Source: Paragordius varius (lineage: Eukaryota > Animalia > Nematomorpha). Taken from it: DNA of 64,000 bases. The stretch is from the NCBI GenBank assembly GCA_964247055.1, contig OZ176057.1:2604001-2668000 (forward strand). The letters are read 5' to 3'. A program made the position numbers and the translations under genes. The notes beneath the pieces are model-generated. The model was not told where the DNA came from. It saw only the letters and a program-made list of their open reading frames with translations, and made no database searches. Positions 48,446-61,200 of this stretch are shown one piece after another (position 1 is the stretch's first letter; each line of letters begins with the position of its first letter).

Positions 48446-51181
48446 AATTGGCAAATTAAACACAAACACAATAATTTTTAAAAAATAACTGAAAAAAAAG
48501 AATATAACTGTCAAAAATCTTTTTAAACTTAAATTAAACCAATCGAGAACGCACAAAATTTTTCAGAAAAACTCCCTGAAAATCCAAAAAGATGCTGACT
48601 CCCCCCCCCCTTTTTTGCAAACCTTAAAAATTTATTTTAGAGTCAAATATTTCAAATATATACCACAGCATGATACCTAAGCCATTTTTTAGAAATATTT
48701 TTTTAATTTATGGACTAACATATTTTTAACCTCTCATGTTTTTTTGCAAAACCTTAAAAATATAATTTATTTTAAAGTGAATTTATTTTACAGTTATATT
48801 TATACCAAAATTTCATGCAATGTGTCATCTTTTTTCTTATAAAGTCAAAATTAATTATTTAAATCCTTGTAAAACCACTAATTTTAAACGTTTTAAAAAC
48901 CAACACTTATTAATATTAATAAGTTTTGATTCAAATATTCCAAAATGATTTATATATATATATATACCACAGCATAATTCCATCGTTCTATAAAATGGCG
49001 GCCTATATCATTAGCGGGTAAACCATAAAGAACGCAACCTACATCATGCCAAGGCATTCGTGGAATTGAATGTCTATCGATCAAATCTTTAAAAGATATA
49101 TATTTTTTTAAGTGTTTTAAAACTTTTTTAAATTTAAAAAACAATCTTTGCAAAGTTATTGAATCTCAAAATAAAATGAAATCTATATTATCTAAAAAAA
49201 ATTTGTGTTAAATTTTTTAAAAAGTTAGTAATAATTATATTTTAGGAGGGTAGAGTTTTAATAAGGTTTTTGAAAATTATAATTTATTTATGAAATTCAG
49301 AAAAGCTATATAGTTTAAAAATGTTAAAGACAAACTTTTTATTTTCGTTAATAATTTTTTAATTTGATTATTTTTTTAAAACAGCGAGCAAATAAGGTAT
49401 ATTAAAGTTTTTTTGATAATAAAAAATATATAATTTCGATAAAAAGGCAACCAAAAACGAAAAAAAAATTAAATTATTTTATTTATTGAAAAATAAAAAA
49501 ATTTATTTTGAAAAAAATAATGAATGAATATGTACCGATGTAAGGCAAATCAACATGGGCAAAATCTTTGTAAATGAAATTACTGTAATCCTTACCAATC
49601 CAATATTTTCCAGAACCTTTATATATATATATATATATATATTACATATTATTTTTATCCAAATTTTCCACTAAAAAAATGACAATACTAAAAACTAATC
49701 TAATTTAATATTTAAAGAAAAAATATATATTAATTTTACGTTACAGGTTGTTAAGTATTTAAAATAAATAAAAGAATATTAACATAAAGTTTTAGGTTAA
49801 ATAGTTAAATTGAGTTAATAGGGTATGTTAATTGAGATCCGCAATATTAAAATTATTTTCAACAAAATTTTAATATTATAAGATTTTTTATACATAAAAA
49901 ATTTAAACAATATGTGAAAAATAAGACTTGTAAATAGTATTTTATATTATAAGATTCAAAAAAATTAAATATATATAAAATTATATAGATAATCAAAATT
50001 ATATTCATATAACTGTTTAATGCATATATTTTAGTAAAATTAAATTGATATTAAATATATTTTTTAATTTTTCTATAAAAGAGCAAAAAAAAGTAAACCT
50101 ATAAGATCGATATTAAGGGTCAAATCTGTCGTTGCATAATAATCGTCACCACTGTCATCAGCTGTTTTACCCTTTGGCACGCCATATTTATCTCTTAAAC
50201 AGGTGTTTTCATGCTCTTGTGCCACATCTGGTCCCAGCTGATACAAACAGGTGTCGGAAGCGGTCAGCTGTTGTTTCTTAAGTTTTTCATCATTATCTAG
50301 TCTAGGGAATAATTTTTCAAGCGTTTGTTTCCATGGTGATGCCGATGGCATTGATAATTCCTTCTTTTTACCGCCACTTTTACTACTTTGTTCTCGTTCA
50401 AATTTTTGAGTTTGATGTGCTTCTCGACGTGCTTGACGGACTTCATAGTTAAGTCTTCGTTTTTCAGCCATCTTTTTATCTTTTTCTACGTGGGATATAT
50501 AAAAAGTATATATTTTACAATTAAAATATGTGAGATTTCCTATTAATATGGTTGGAAAAGCAAAGAGAGTATACATAAGTTTTCAAACTTTTAATTTTAG
50601 CATAAAACATTTTTTAGTAACGTCTAACAAAATCATTCAAACAACAAAACTAAATTTTAAGGTTCATTTGTTTGTTACAGACAGAACCTTTAGAAATATT
50701 ATGATTTGAATAAACATAATTTTAGCTATATACTCATTAAAATTATTACATAAAAAACAAAATGTGAAATCTGAAGAATAATATTTACATCCATATATAG
50801 TATATGTTTAAGTATATATTGCTAGAAAGTTATTAATTATTGCCGAATTGCATATATAACCTAGGGTGATTAACCTATAAATAATTTTTTCACTTTTTAC
50901 TCTATTATTAACCAATAAAAATTCTCTTTACTGCATATGCTATTTGGCAATAATTAATAATTTTCTATCAATATATATATATATATAATTTACTCATACT
51001 GTATTTTAAATCTTGATTTTTTATAATTATTATTCTATAACCCATTATTTTGGGTTGTAAAAAAGTTAATATTCTCTCAGCTATATACAGTATAAATTAA
51101 TAATGTGGACAAAATGTAAAAATATAAAGACAAATATTTTTTTCTAAAAGACAATCATACTTTTTGAATCTTGATTTTTTT

Positions 51182-51256
<75 letters not shown>

Positions 51257-51981
51257 TTTAAACTCCAACGTATAAAATTGAAATATATACTGGTAACACA
51301 ATCAATTATGTATTTTCCGATTGTAACCAAGTAGCTTATATGGTAAACATTAATTAAGGTTTTAAAAAGTATGGTTGTCTTGTGGAAAAAAATATTTATC
51401 TTTATATTTTTACGTTTTGTCCGTATAATTTAAATTCTTACTGTATATTCCATAAATATTGAAATCCTATATATAGTTTATGTGTTATTACGACCGCTAA
51501 AAATATATTTTTTTAAAAAATATCAAATATACCAGAAGCAAATCCTGTAATCATATACGCCTCATCGTATAAAGGCATCAGCTGTTTCTTGGCTTTCTTT
51601 CCAGAATTGACATATGGTGCAGAATGGGGTACAAAATCACCCGATTCAGAAACTGGGGCTGAGATATTCCCCTTTTTGCTTGTGGTGGCTAGACTGTGTA
51701 ATAATTGGTTCCATAAATAACTACTGGTTTTTCTAAGATGTAAAATTATTTAATTACAAAAAAAAATTATTTTTTTCAAGTAAATTATTATATTAATTAT
51801 GGAAAATATATTTTATCTAAATAATTGAAATTGATTACTGATAAAATATAAAATTAATAAGCATTACAAAATTTAAATTTTAAGACCATCAAAAAATAAT
51901 CTTTGGTAATTGCGATTTTTACTAGATATTAATGTTTAATCGGAAAATTTTAAAACACTCAAAATAAATATCGAATTTATA

Positions 51982-52014
<33 letters not shown>

Positions 52015-52213
52015 AATAATGATTAAAAGGTAAAAAAATATAACCTATTTTCATCTAAATTAATCAAAAATAATAAATATAGGTTATATTAATTTATATG
52101 TAAAAAAATATAAATTTTTATATAATACATTAATAAAGTTATGATGATAGGGATAAGTGTATAATTTTTAGAACTAAACAAATAATTTTACTGAATTTAA
52201 ATAGGATTTTATT

Positions 52214-52254
<41 letters not shown>

Positions 52255-55200
52255 GAAATTTCTTATATCGTATAAACTTTATTAATTTATAAAATAAAAT
52301 GAAAATATTTAAAAATTAACTTCACGTGTATAATTTCGGCTTAACTTTGTAAATTTTGTGATTTTTACAAATATACCATGTGCAATCAAATTCACCCTTG
52401 AAAAATTAAAATTCACTCTCGAACAACTCAAATTCATCCTTACACATTTTAAATTCCTAAAATAAAAATTTTTACTACATAGTTTATTATTTTTTCAGCA
52501 TTATATTAATTTTAAACGTAATTTTATTTTCTTAAAAATGTAAAAAAATATAGGTAATTTTTAATCTTAAAAAACATATAATTTATTTTAGCGTAAATTT
52601 CAATTGTTCAAGGGTGAATTTGAATTGTTATAATTTTTCACTTATAATTTGGTTTTTTTTTTATTTCAAATCTAATCTTCAATTATATAGAGACTAAAAT
52701 ATTAACCTTACTTTATATTTTTCAGTTTACTTTTTTATATACCATTTACAGTTTAAATTCATCTTTAAATTCAAACAATTCAAATTCACCCTAAAAATAA
52801 TGGGTAAAATAAAATTTCGTTTAAAATCAATATAATACTGAAAAAATAATAAAATATGCCATAAGATATATTTTTAATTATTGATGAGTTATATCAGTCC
52901 GCATAATTTATTTTTTGGGTTAATTTGAATTGTTTAAGGGTGAAATTAAATTGTAAATGGTATATTTATCACATATTTCATAAAAAAAAGTTTATATTAA
53001 ATGAGAAAATATTAAAAACTTTTAAAACATCTAAAAAATAATTACCTTTCTTTAGTATTGGATGAATTATCAGTCAATAATCCGACGTCATTGAGTGAAT
53101 TAAAACTTTTTTTGTCACCATTTTTGCCGTGTTCTGCCGTCATAGTAGAAATTTTTATTTTCGTAGATGGATGTATAACGTTAGAGGGCATGGGTATATG
53201 TTGTTTAAGTGATGAGTAAACTTTCGATATACCTATGTAGATATATACAACAAAAAAATCATGGATTTATAACATATTTTAGGCAATTCAAGCTAAAACA
53301 GCAGCTTTTTGAGTAGCGAATGCAATTTATCAGTTGTTTGCGCTTGAAAAAAATGTTGCTTTTAATATGTAAAATAGAGCATTAAAAAAATATTTTTTAG
53401 AGACAAAAAAGACAAACTATTAAAGGAATATACGAATTTTATATAAAATTTATTTTTCCCACTTTCGAATTGTATTTGAAAAAGGTGTGACCTTAATTAC
53501 AATAGAGGGAGTCAAAATTGATCATTATAATTATCACGCTTAAATACTAGAGCACAGTGAAAATATAGTGGTGGTATAACACTTATATTTAAAAAAGAAT
53601 CTACATTAATAATTGAAAATTAACTTAGATTATTGATTATGAATTAATATACAATGAACGCTAGTTATTTACCAATTAACATTTATAGCCAATCAGATAC
53701 CAAATATTATATACAGTAATCGTGCCTAAAAGTAACTCATTTTTACCCCTCTCACCAGCCAATATTAATTCGTTTTACAATACATATGTATTCTATCTAG
53801 TTGTATTGATTAACAAATGAAAAAAACTATCTATAAACATATTACTCAAACTTTATCTCATAGATATAATAGTTTTAATTAATATGTATCTACCATTTTT
53901 CCCGCCACTATTCAACTCGGCTATTAATAACTTTTTGTCTTTATCATCACTTGTGTTGTAATCATTTTTATTTTGAACAGATTTGGTAATTATATTCGCT
54001 GGTATTGTGGAGGAATGCTCGATTTCCAGTTTTCTAGGAGTTTGAGTTTTGGCAACTAAACTCCTTTCAGAACCGCCATCATCAGCTGTTTTGGTGTTGG
54101 TAATGATGATATCAGCTGTTTTTGTATTCAGTTTCTGGTCAGAATAGTGCAACGGTGTGGCAGACAAATTATCCTTTTCCGGTCTTTCCCGATTTTGGGC
54201 TGCTAGACTCCTTTCAGAACCGTCCGTGTCAGCTGTTTTTGGGTCAGGATCTCGTTCAGAATAGTTCAAAGGTCTTGTAGAAGAAGCTTCGATTTCCGGT
54301 CTTTCTCGAGTTTGAAGACTCAAACTTTTGTCAGAACCGCCGCCATCATCATCAGCTGTTTCCCGCGCCCTTTTTCGATCAGCTGATGTGGGCCCAAAAA
54401 TTAAGGTTGTCGGGGCGATACCGCCACCCCCAGCCCTTTTGATTTGACCAACAATGTTAGTTTTACGTCTATTGCTTGCATGACCTAGGTCACCCGCAGT
54501 TGAAGGGATATGTCTAAATTTATTTCTCTGGATAAGACGATAATATTTTTATATATACCATTTACAGTTCAAGTTCACCCTTGAACAATTCAAATTAGCC
54601 CTCGAACAATTCAAATTCACCCTCGAACAATTCAAATTGACCCTTGAACAATTCAAATTCACCTTCGAACAATTCAATTTACCCTAAAATTAAATTATGT
54701 GTTTTCGAACTGGTATAATTCATTATTAATATGAAATATATGTTTATGGTATAGTTTATTAATTTTTCAGTATTATTTTAATTTAAAACAAAACTTTTAT
54801 TTTTTAAAAATATACTAAAATATAGGTAATTTTTAATCTTAAAAAACATATATTTTATTTGAGGGTGAATTTGAATTGTTCAAGGGTGAATTTGAATTGT
54901 TCAAGGGTGAATTTGAATTGTTCAAGAGTGAATTTGAATTGTAAATGGTATATCGTCGAAAAAAAAAATGGTAAGAAATTAAAATTTTTACATGATAAAA
55001 AAGCTATAGGCATCTCTCAATAATAATTATGTAAAACAAACTAGTGTCGTTTTAATAAACAGTTTATGACGAAAATGTGTGGTATCTTTTTAAAATCCCC
55101 AAAAACATTGCAAAAATATCAGATAAAATTGGTTTCTAATAATTATTGTTAGGAATCAAATTATGTTTACGTAAAATTGATTAAATTAATTATTTTTACG

Positions 55201-58200
55201 TTAAAATATAATGGAAATTTTTTGTGTTAAAAATTACTTTCCTGATTTTTTGATCGTATAAAAGGTAAATAATTGGATACTTTTTTGAAATTGGAAAACA
55301 TAATAAAATAATGAATAATATAATAATTAATTATAAAAACGTATTTTTATTATTTGACTGTATATATATATATATATAATTTACACCTCATATCACCCTT
55401 ACACAATTCAAATTCACCCTAATTAAGTGTTTTTAGGATTTAAAATTACTAATATTTTTTTATATTTTTAAAAAATGAAATTTCGTTTAAGATTTGAATA
55501 ATACTGGAAAAAATAAACTATACCATCAAGATATATTTTCTATTAATGATGAGTTATATTAGCCCGAAAACACATAATTTATTTTTAGGGTGAATTTGAA
55601 TTGTAAATGGTATATATTTTGGAGGCTGTGTAAATATATTATTATATTCCGCAATAAATGTATTATTCACTATAATAACAAAAAATGAGAAATTCGTTTT
55701 ATTTTTTTATAAAAATATCGCCTAAAATAATTAGTTTATTGGCGCAATTTAACATAAATCCTTATAATTTTAATTATTACCAAATGTATTACAATATACA
55801 TATATTTTTATTATTAATTATGAATATACTTTTAATAAACGACTAAAAATTAAACCATAATAATATCTCAAAAAAATATTAATATCTAAAAGATGCCAAA
55901 AAATAAAAAAAAATAATAATAATAAATCAAGTTTTTAAATCTATATATATATATATATAATCATTTTATAAAAAATAAATTTTTATATACTAAAAACGCT
56001 ATAAAAATAATAATCATAAAAATAAATGTTTTTGAAAAGTTTTTTTTAAATTCTCAAACAAATAATAATTAAAAACTTACAATTTTTTCGCCAGTGTTTA
56101 ATGGAGGTATAATTTTCCGTTCCTGTATTATAGTTTTGGGATTAAGTAAACCCTGCCTAGCACGCATAAGATAATTTTTCTAAATATAAAATAAAAATTA
56201 AGATTTTTTGATTTAAAAAAAAATTAAAACTAAGATTTATTTGATTTAAAAAAATTATTAAAAAGTTAAAATATAATTAACCTATTAAATGTAAAACAAA
56301 ATCCAAAAAATTTATTTTATAATTTAAAAAATTAAAATATGATATTATTTGAAATGAATATTTAATCATTTAAGAATTTAATTTAAAAAATATAAAAAAA
56401 TATTTTACAGAATAATAAAATTAAAAAAATATTATTTTTTAGGAAAAAAAATAAAAAAAAAATTTAAAAAACTTCATAATCTAAGGCATTAACAGGTTCT
56501 TCGTCACCCAAGTCAGTTAATCTAAATGAATATATAAGTTGAATATAATTGATCAAAAAAAATAATTATTTATTATAAGAGAAAATTTAATTTTTTATTT
56601 GGTTTTTATTTTTCAATCAAATAAAATTATAATTTTGATAAAGAATAGTTTAAACTATTCTTATCGTGCAAAAAAATAAAAAAAAATAAAAAACAATTTT
56701 ATGTTTAATTTTAAATGATAATATTAATCTTTGCCAAGAATTTCATAAAAATATATATTAAACATTGCAAATACAACTAATAAACCCTTCAAAAATATTG
56801 ATAAATGTTTAAATTAATTTTCCGATTACTCTGTTGAAGAGAATTCCAGTTAAAATCACACCATTTTTTGCCAAAAAAATTAAATTTTACACATAAATTA
56901 CAGTAAAAAATAACCAAAGTTTGCTATAAATTTAAGTTAAATTGGATATTTTAAACAAGGTTTTATTTTATTTTTGAAGAAACCGTTTTTGACATAAGTT
57001 TAAGGTTTTTTTGTTCAATTGTTCGAAAACTGTAAACTAATTTCAAAGTTTTTATTAGAAAAAACGTTTTTAATTGTAAAATCTGAAAACATACATTTGG
57101 AAAATTTCTTATAACTTTCTTGACGACTTTATTTGTATTTAGACTTAAACTTTTCTTTTAAAAAAAATCTTGTAAGTTTTTAACTTCTATAAAAAAGAAT
57201 AAAACCGGATAGTTTTATACTTTATTCATTAAACTTTTAAAAGACATGTATTTCGATTTTAAGCACTCTTTTATCTTTTAAACGCAAAATTTTAAAAAAA
57301 TGTATATTATCATCTTTGCATTTTTATAACCATCATCATCATTAAACCTTTCAAAGTTTTTTTCAATCCTTAAAAGAGTTTGGAATTAACAATCAAAACT
57401 TATTCCAAAACAGTTGAGAAATCTAACATTCATAATACCTTTAAAATTTTTATGCAAAACTTTTTTTTGTTCAAAAATCATTTCAAAATCATTCTCAAAA
57501 GAGTTTGGAATTAATAATCAAAATTCATTTCAAAACAGTTGAAAAATCTAACATTCATAATAATACTATGCAATGAAAATAAAATTTTTATGCAAAAAAT
57601 TTTTTTGTGCAAAAATCACTTCAATTTTTTTTCAATCCTCAATAGAATTTGAATTAATAAACAAAATCCATTTATAACAAAACAATTAAGAAATCTAAAA
57701 TTCATAATACTATGCAATGAAAATAAAATTTTTATGCAAAACCTTTTTTTGTGCAAAAATCACTTCAAATTTTTTTCAATCCTTAATGGAATTGGAATTA
57801 ATAATCAAAATTCATTTCAAACAAAACAGGTGAAAAATCTAAATCCATAAAAGCTTTATGCAAAACCCTTTTTTTGTGCAAAAATTACTTCAAATTTTTT
57901 TCAATCCTCAATGGAATATGAATTAATAATCAATTCCTTTCAAAACAGTTGAGAATCTAACATTTATAAAATTAAAACCTTTTTTGTGCAAAAAACTTCA
58001 AATTTTTTCAATCCTTAATGGAATTTCAATTAAGAATTCTAAAATTCATTTCCAAACAGGTGAAAAATAAAAATGCATTTCAAAAATAAAATCTTAAAAA
58101 AATATTACCTGTGTTGATAATCATCCCAACGGGCATAACAAATATCAAGTCCGCCCAAAAAAGCAATTCTTTGATCAATGCAAACAATTTTTTCGTGATG

Positions 58201-61200
58201 TGCCCACATATAAACCTGACTTTTCAAATGGTCCGGGTGTCGTATAATCTAAGGGTATGATATTTTTTAAAAATCTCTTAATAAATCTTTGGATAATAAA
58301 ATTTAGGAAAAATAATCAAATCTTACAGTAGACCCTACCCCATTTCTAATATAGATAAAGAATTTAAAAATCTTGTCCTTATATACCATTTACAATTCAA
58401 ATATACCGTTAAACAATTCAAATTCACCCTTGATCAATTTACATCTACCGTAAAAATAAATTATGTTTTCAATCAATAAGATAACTCACCATTTATACGA
58501 AATATATTTATGACATAGTTTATATTTTTTCAGTATTTTTATTATTTTAAATAAAATTTCATTTGTTATAAAAAATATGAACAATTTTTAATCTTAACAT
58601 AATTTATTTTAGGGTGAATATAAATTGTTCAAATTTGAAGTATAAATGGTATTTGTCATGCCTTTTTCTGAGGTCCTGCTTGTTTCTATAAAAACCTTAA
58701 TAATTGTTAAAAATTACAGACGAACTTTAATGAATGATAATGAACTGTGAATATTAAAATTTTATAAATCAGTTTTTAAGTTTATTCAAAGTTGTGTGTT
58801 TCCAACAAATTTATTCGGTTACAAATTTAAAAAGATAAAACAAAATCATGTAAAAATAATTTTCGCTAATTTTATCGAATATATGTTGCATATAATTAAA
58901 TACTATGTAAGAAATAACTCAATACAAAATTTATTTTTTTTTAGAAAAAAGAGGGGGTAAAAAGCGGATATTAATTCGGGAGTATATTAATCAACAATTG
59001 AGATAATTTTTATATGCCAAGTATCTTCTTTCATACATCATTTTTAACAATGACATTTTTTTAAAAAATTAAATCATAAATTCACAAAAAACTTTTATAT
59101 AAATGTTAGAAAATTTTTCTGACATTTTTAACATAGAACAAAATATTGAAATGCCCCATGGTTCAAGGAGAGGGGGTAAAAATAAATCCAAATATACCAT
59201 TTACAATTCAATTATCACCCTTGAATTTAAATTTACCCTAAAATAAATTTTTAGATAAAAAATTACCTTATTTTTTCATTATTTTTAAAATTTGAAATTT
59301 TATTTAAAATAAATATAATGCTGAAAATATAACAAACTATGCCATAAAGAAATATATTTCATATTAATAATGAGTTATATTTAGCCCGGAAACACATAAA
59401 ATTTAAAAAAGAGATTTGAATCGTAAATGGTATATATAGATACCAAAAATAATCTAACAAATTCTCAAAATATATTATTAATAAAGATACTCAAAAAGAT
59501 TTTAATTATATGAAATTTTTTAAATAAAAAATCAATTAATAAAAATATTTAATTTAAAAAAAAATTTAAAAATTACGCAAATATTGTATGGATGTAATGT
59601 TTTAAGGACTTGTTTCGTATAAAAGCTATTTATACCAAGGGCCAAAGCTACCTCTTTGTAAATCATAATGTAAATCTTTACCCCATCTTCCTAAAAGGAA
59701 TAAAATTTAAAAAAAAATATTTTTTTTATAAAATATTGAGACTTTCAGATTTATTAAATTACTATTTAAACTTTAATATTCTAAGTAAATTAAAAATTTT
59801 GAAAAAAATAAAAATTTCGAAAAAAATAAAAATACTCTAAAAAAAATAATTATTTCATCATAAACTATATATTTTTTTTTTTATAAAATATTGAGAGTTT
59901 CAAATTTATTAAATATTATTTTAAATTTTAGAATTCTAAAAATATATATTAAATTTCAGGGAAAAATAAAAATACTCACAAAAAAAATAAATTTTGACTT
60001 CATTTTTTGATCATAAGATAAAGATTTTTTTTATAAAATATTAAGAGCTTCAGAATTATTAAATTATTTAAACTTAAAACCCTATAAATTTCAAGAAAAA
60101 ATAAAAAGTCATAAAAAAATTGATTTTGACTTCATATCTTCCTAAAAAGGAATAAAATTTAAAAAATATTTTAATAAAATATTGAGACTTTTAGATTTAT
60201 TAAATTATTTAAACTTTTAAATTTTAGAATTCTAAAAAATATATTAAATTTCGGGGAAAAAATAAAAAAAATATTCACAAAAAAATCATCATTTTATATC
60301 TTAAATTAAAAAATTTTTTTTTATAAAATATTGAGTTTCAGATTTACTAAATATTATTTTGAATTTATTATACTAAATAAATTAAATTTTAAAAAATAAA
60401 AAAACTTACAAAAAAAAATAAATTTGAATTCATTTTTTCATCATATGATAAAGATTTTTTTTATAAAATATTAAGAGTTTCAGAATTATTAAATTATTTA
60501 AACTTTAATATACTAATTAAATATGTTAAATTTAAATATTAAAACATAAAATAATTTATGACTTTATTTTTTAAAGTATAGGATAAATTATAAAAAAAAT
60601 TAAATTTTTAAAAATAAGCCTAAAAATTGAAATTATACTATGGACAAAATGTAATAATATATAGACAAATATTTTTTTCTCAACAACCCCATACTTTTTA
60701 AATTTTAATTTTTTGAAATAAAACTTATTGTTTAAATTGCAAATTATAAAATAGAAATGTAAATTGGTAACACAAACAATTATGTATTATACAAATAAAA
60801 GGATTTTTATAAAATAAATTATGATTTAAAAAAGTATGGTTGTCTTTTAGAAAAAAATATTTCTCTTTATATTTTTACGTTTTGTCCATAGTATAATTTA
60901 AATTTTACAATATTTTTTATTAAACAATTGATTTCTAATTTGTATCATAATAAAAACCATATTTTTTTACTGTAAAAGAATTAATTATATGTGTAGTAAT
61001 TCTAGATTTAGGAAATATATTTCTATTCAACCAAAAGTTAATAAATATAAGTTTACAAAAACTAATATATATATATATATATATATTTGAGCAAAAACCT
61101 TTTGTCAGGTAAAAAAATATAAATAAAAGAAATATTAATAAAAAAATATAATAAATTTTTTTAAAAAACGAATTATTTCTATAATGTTTAATATTTTTAA

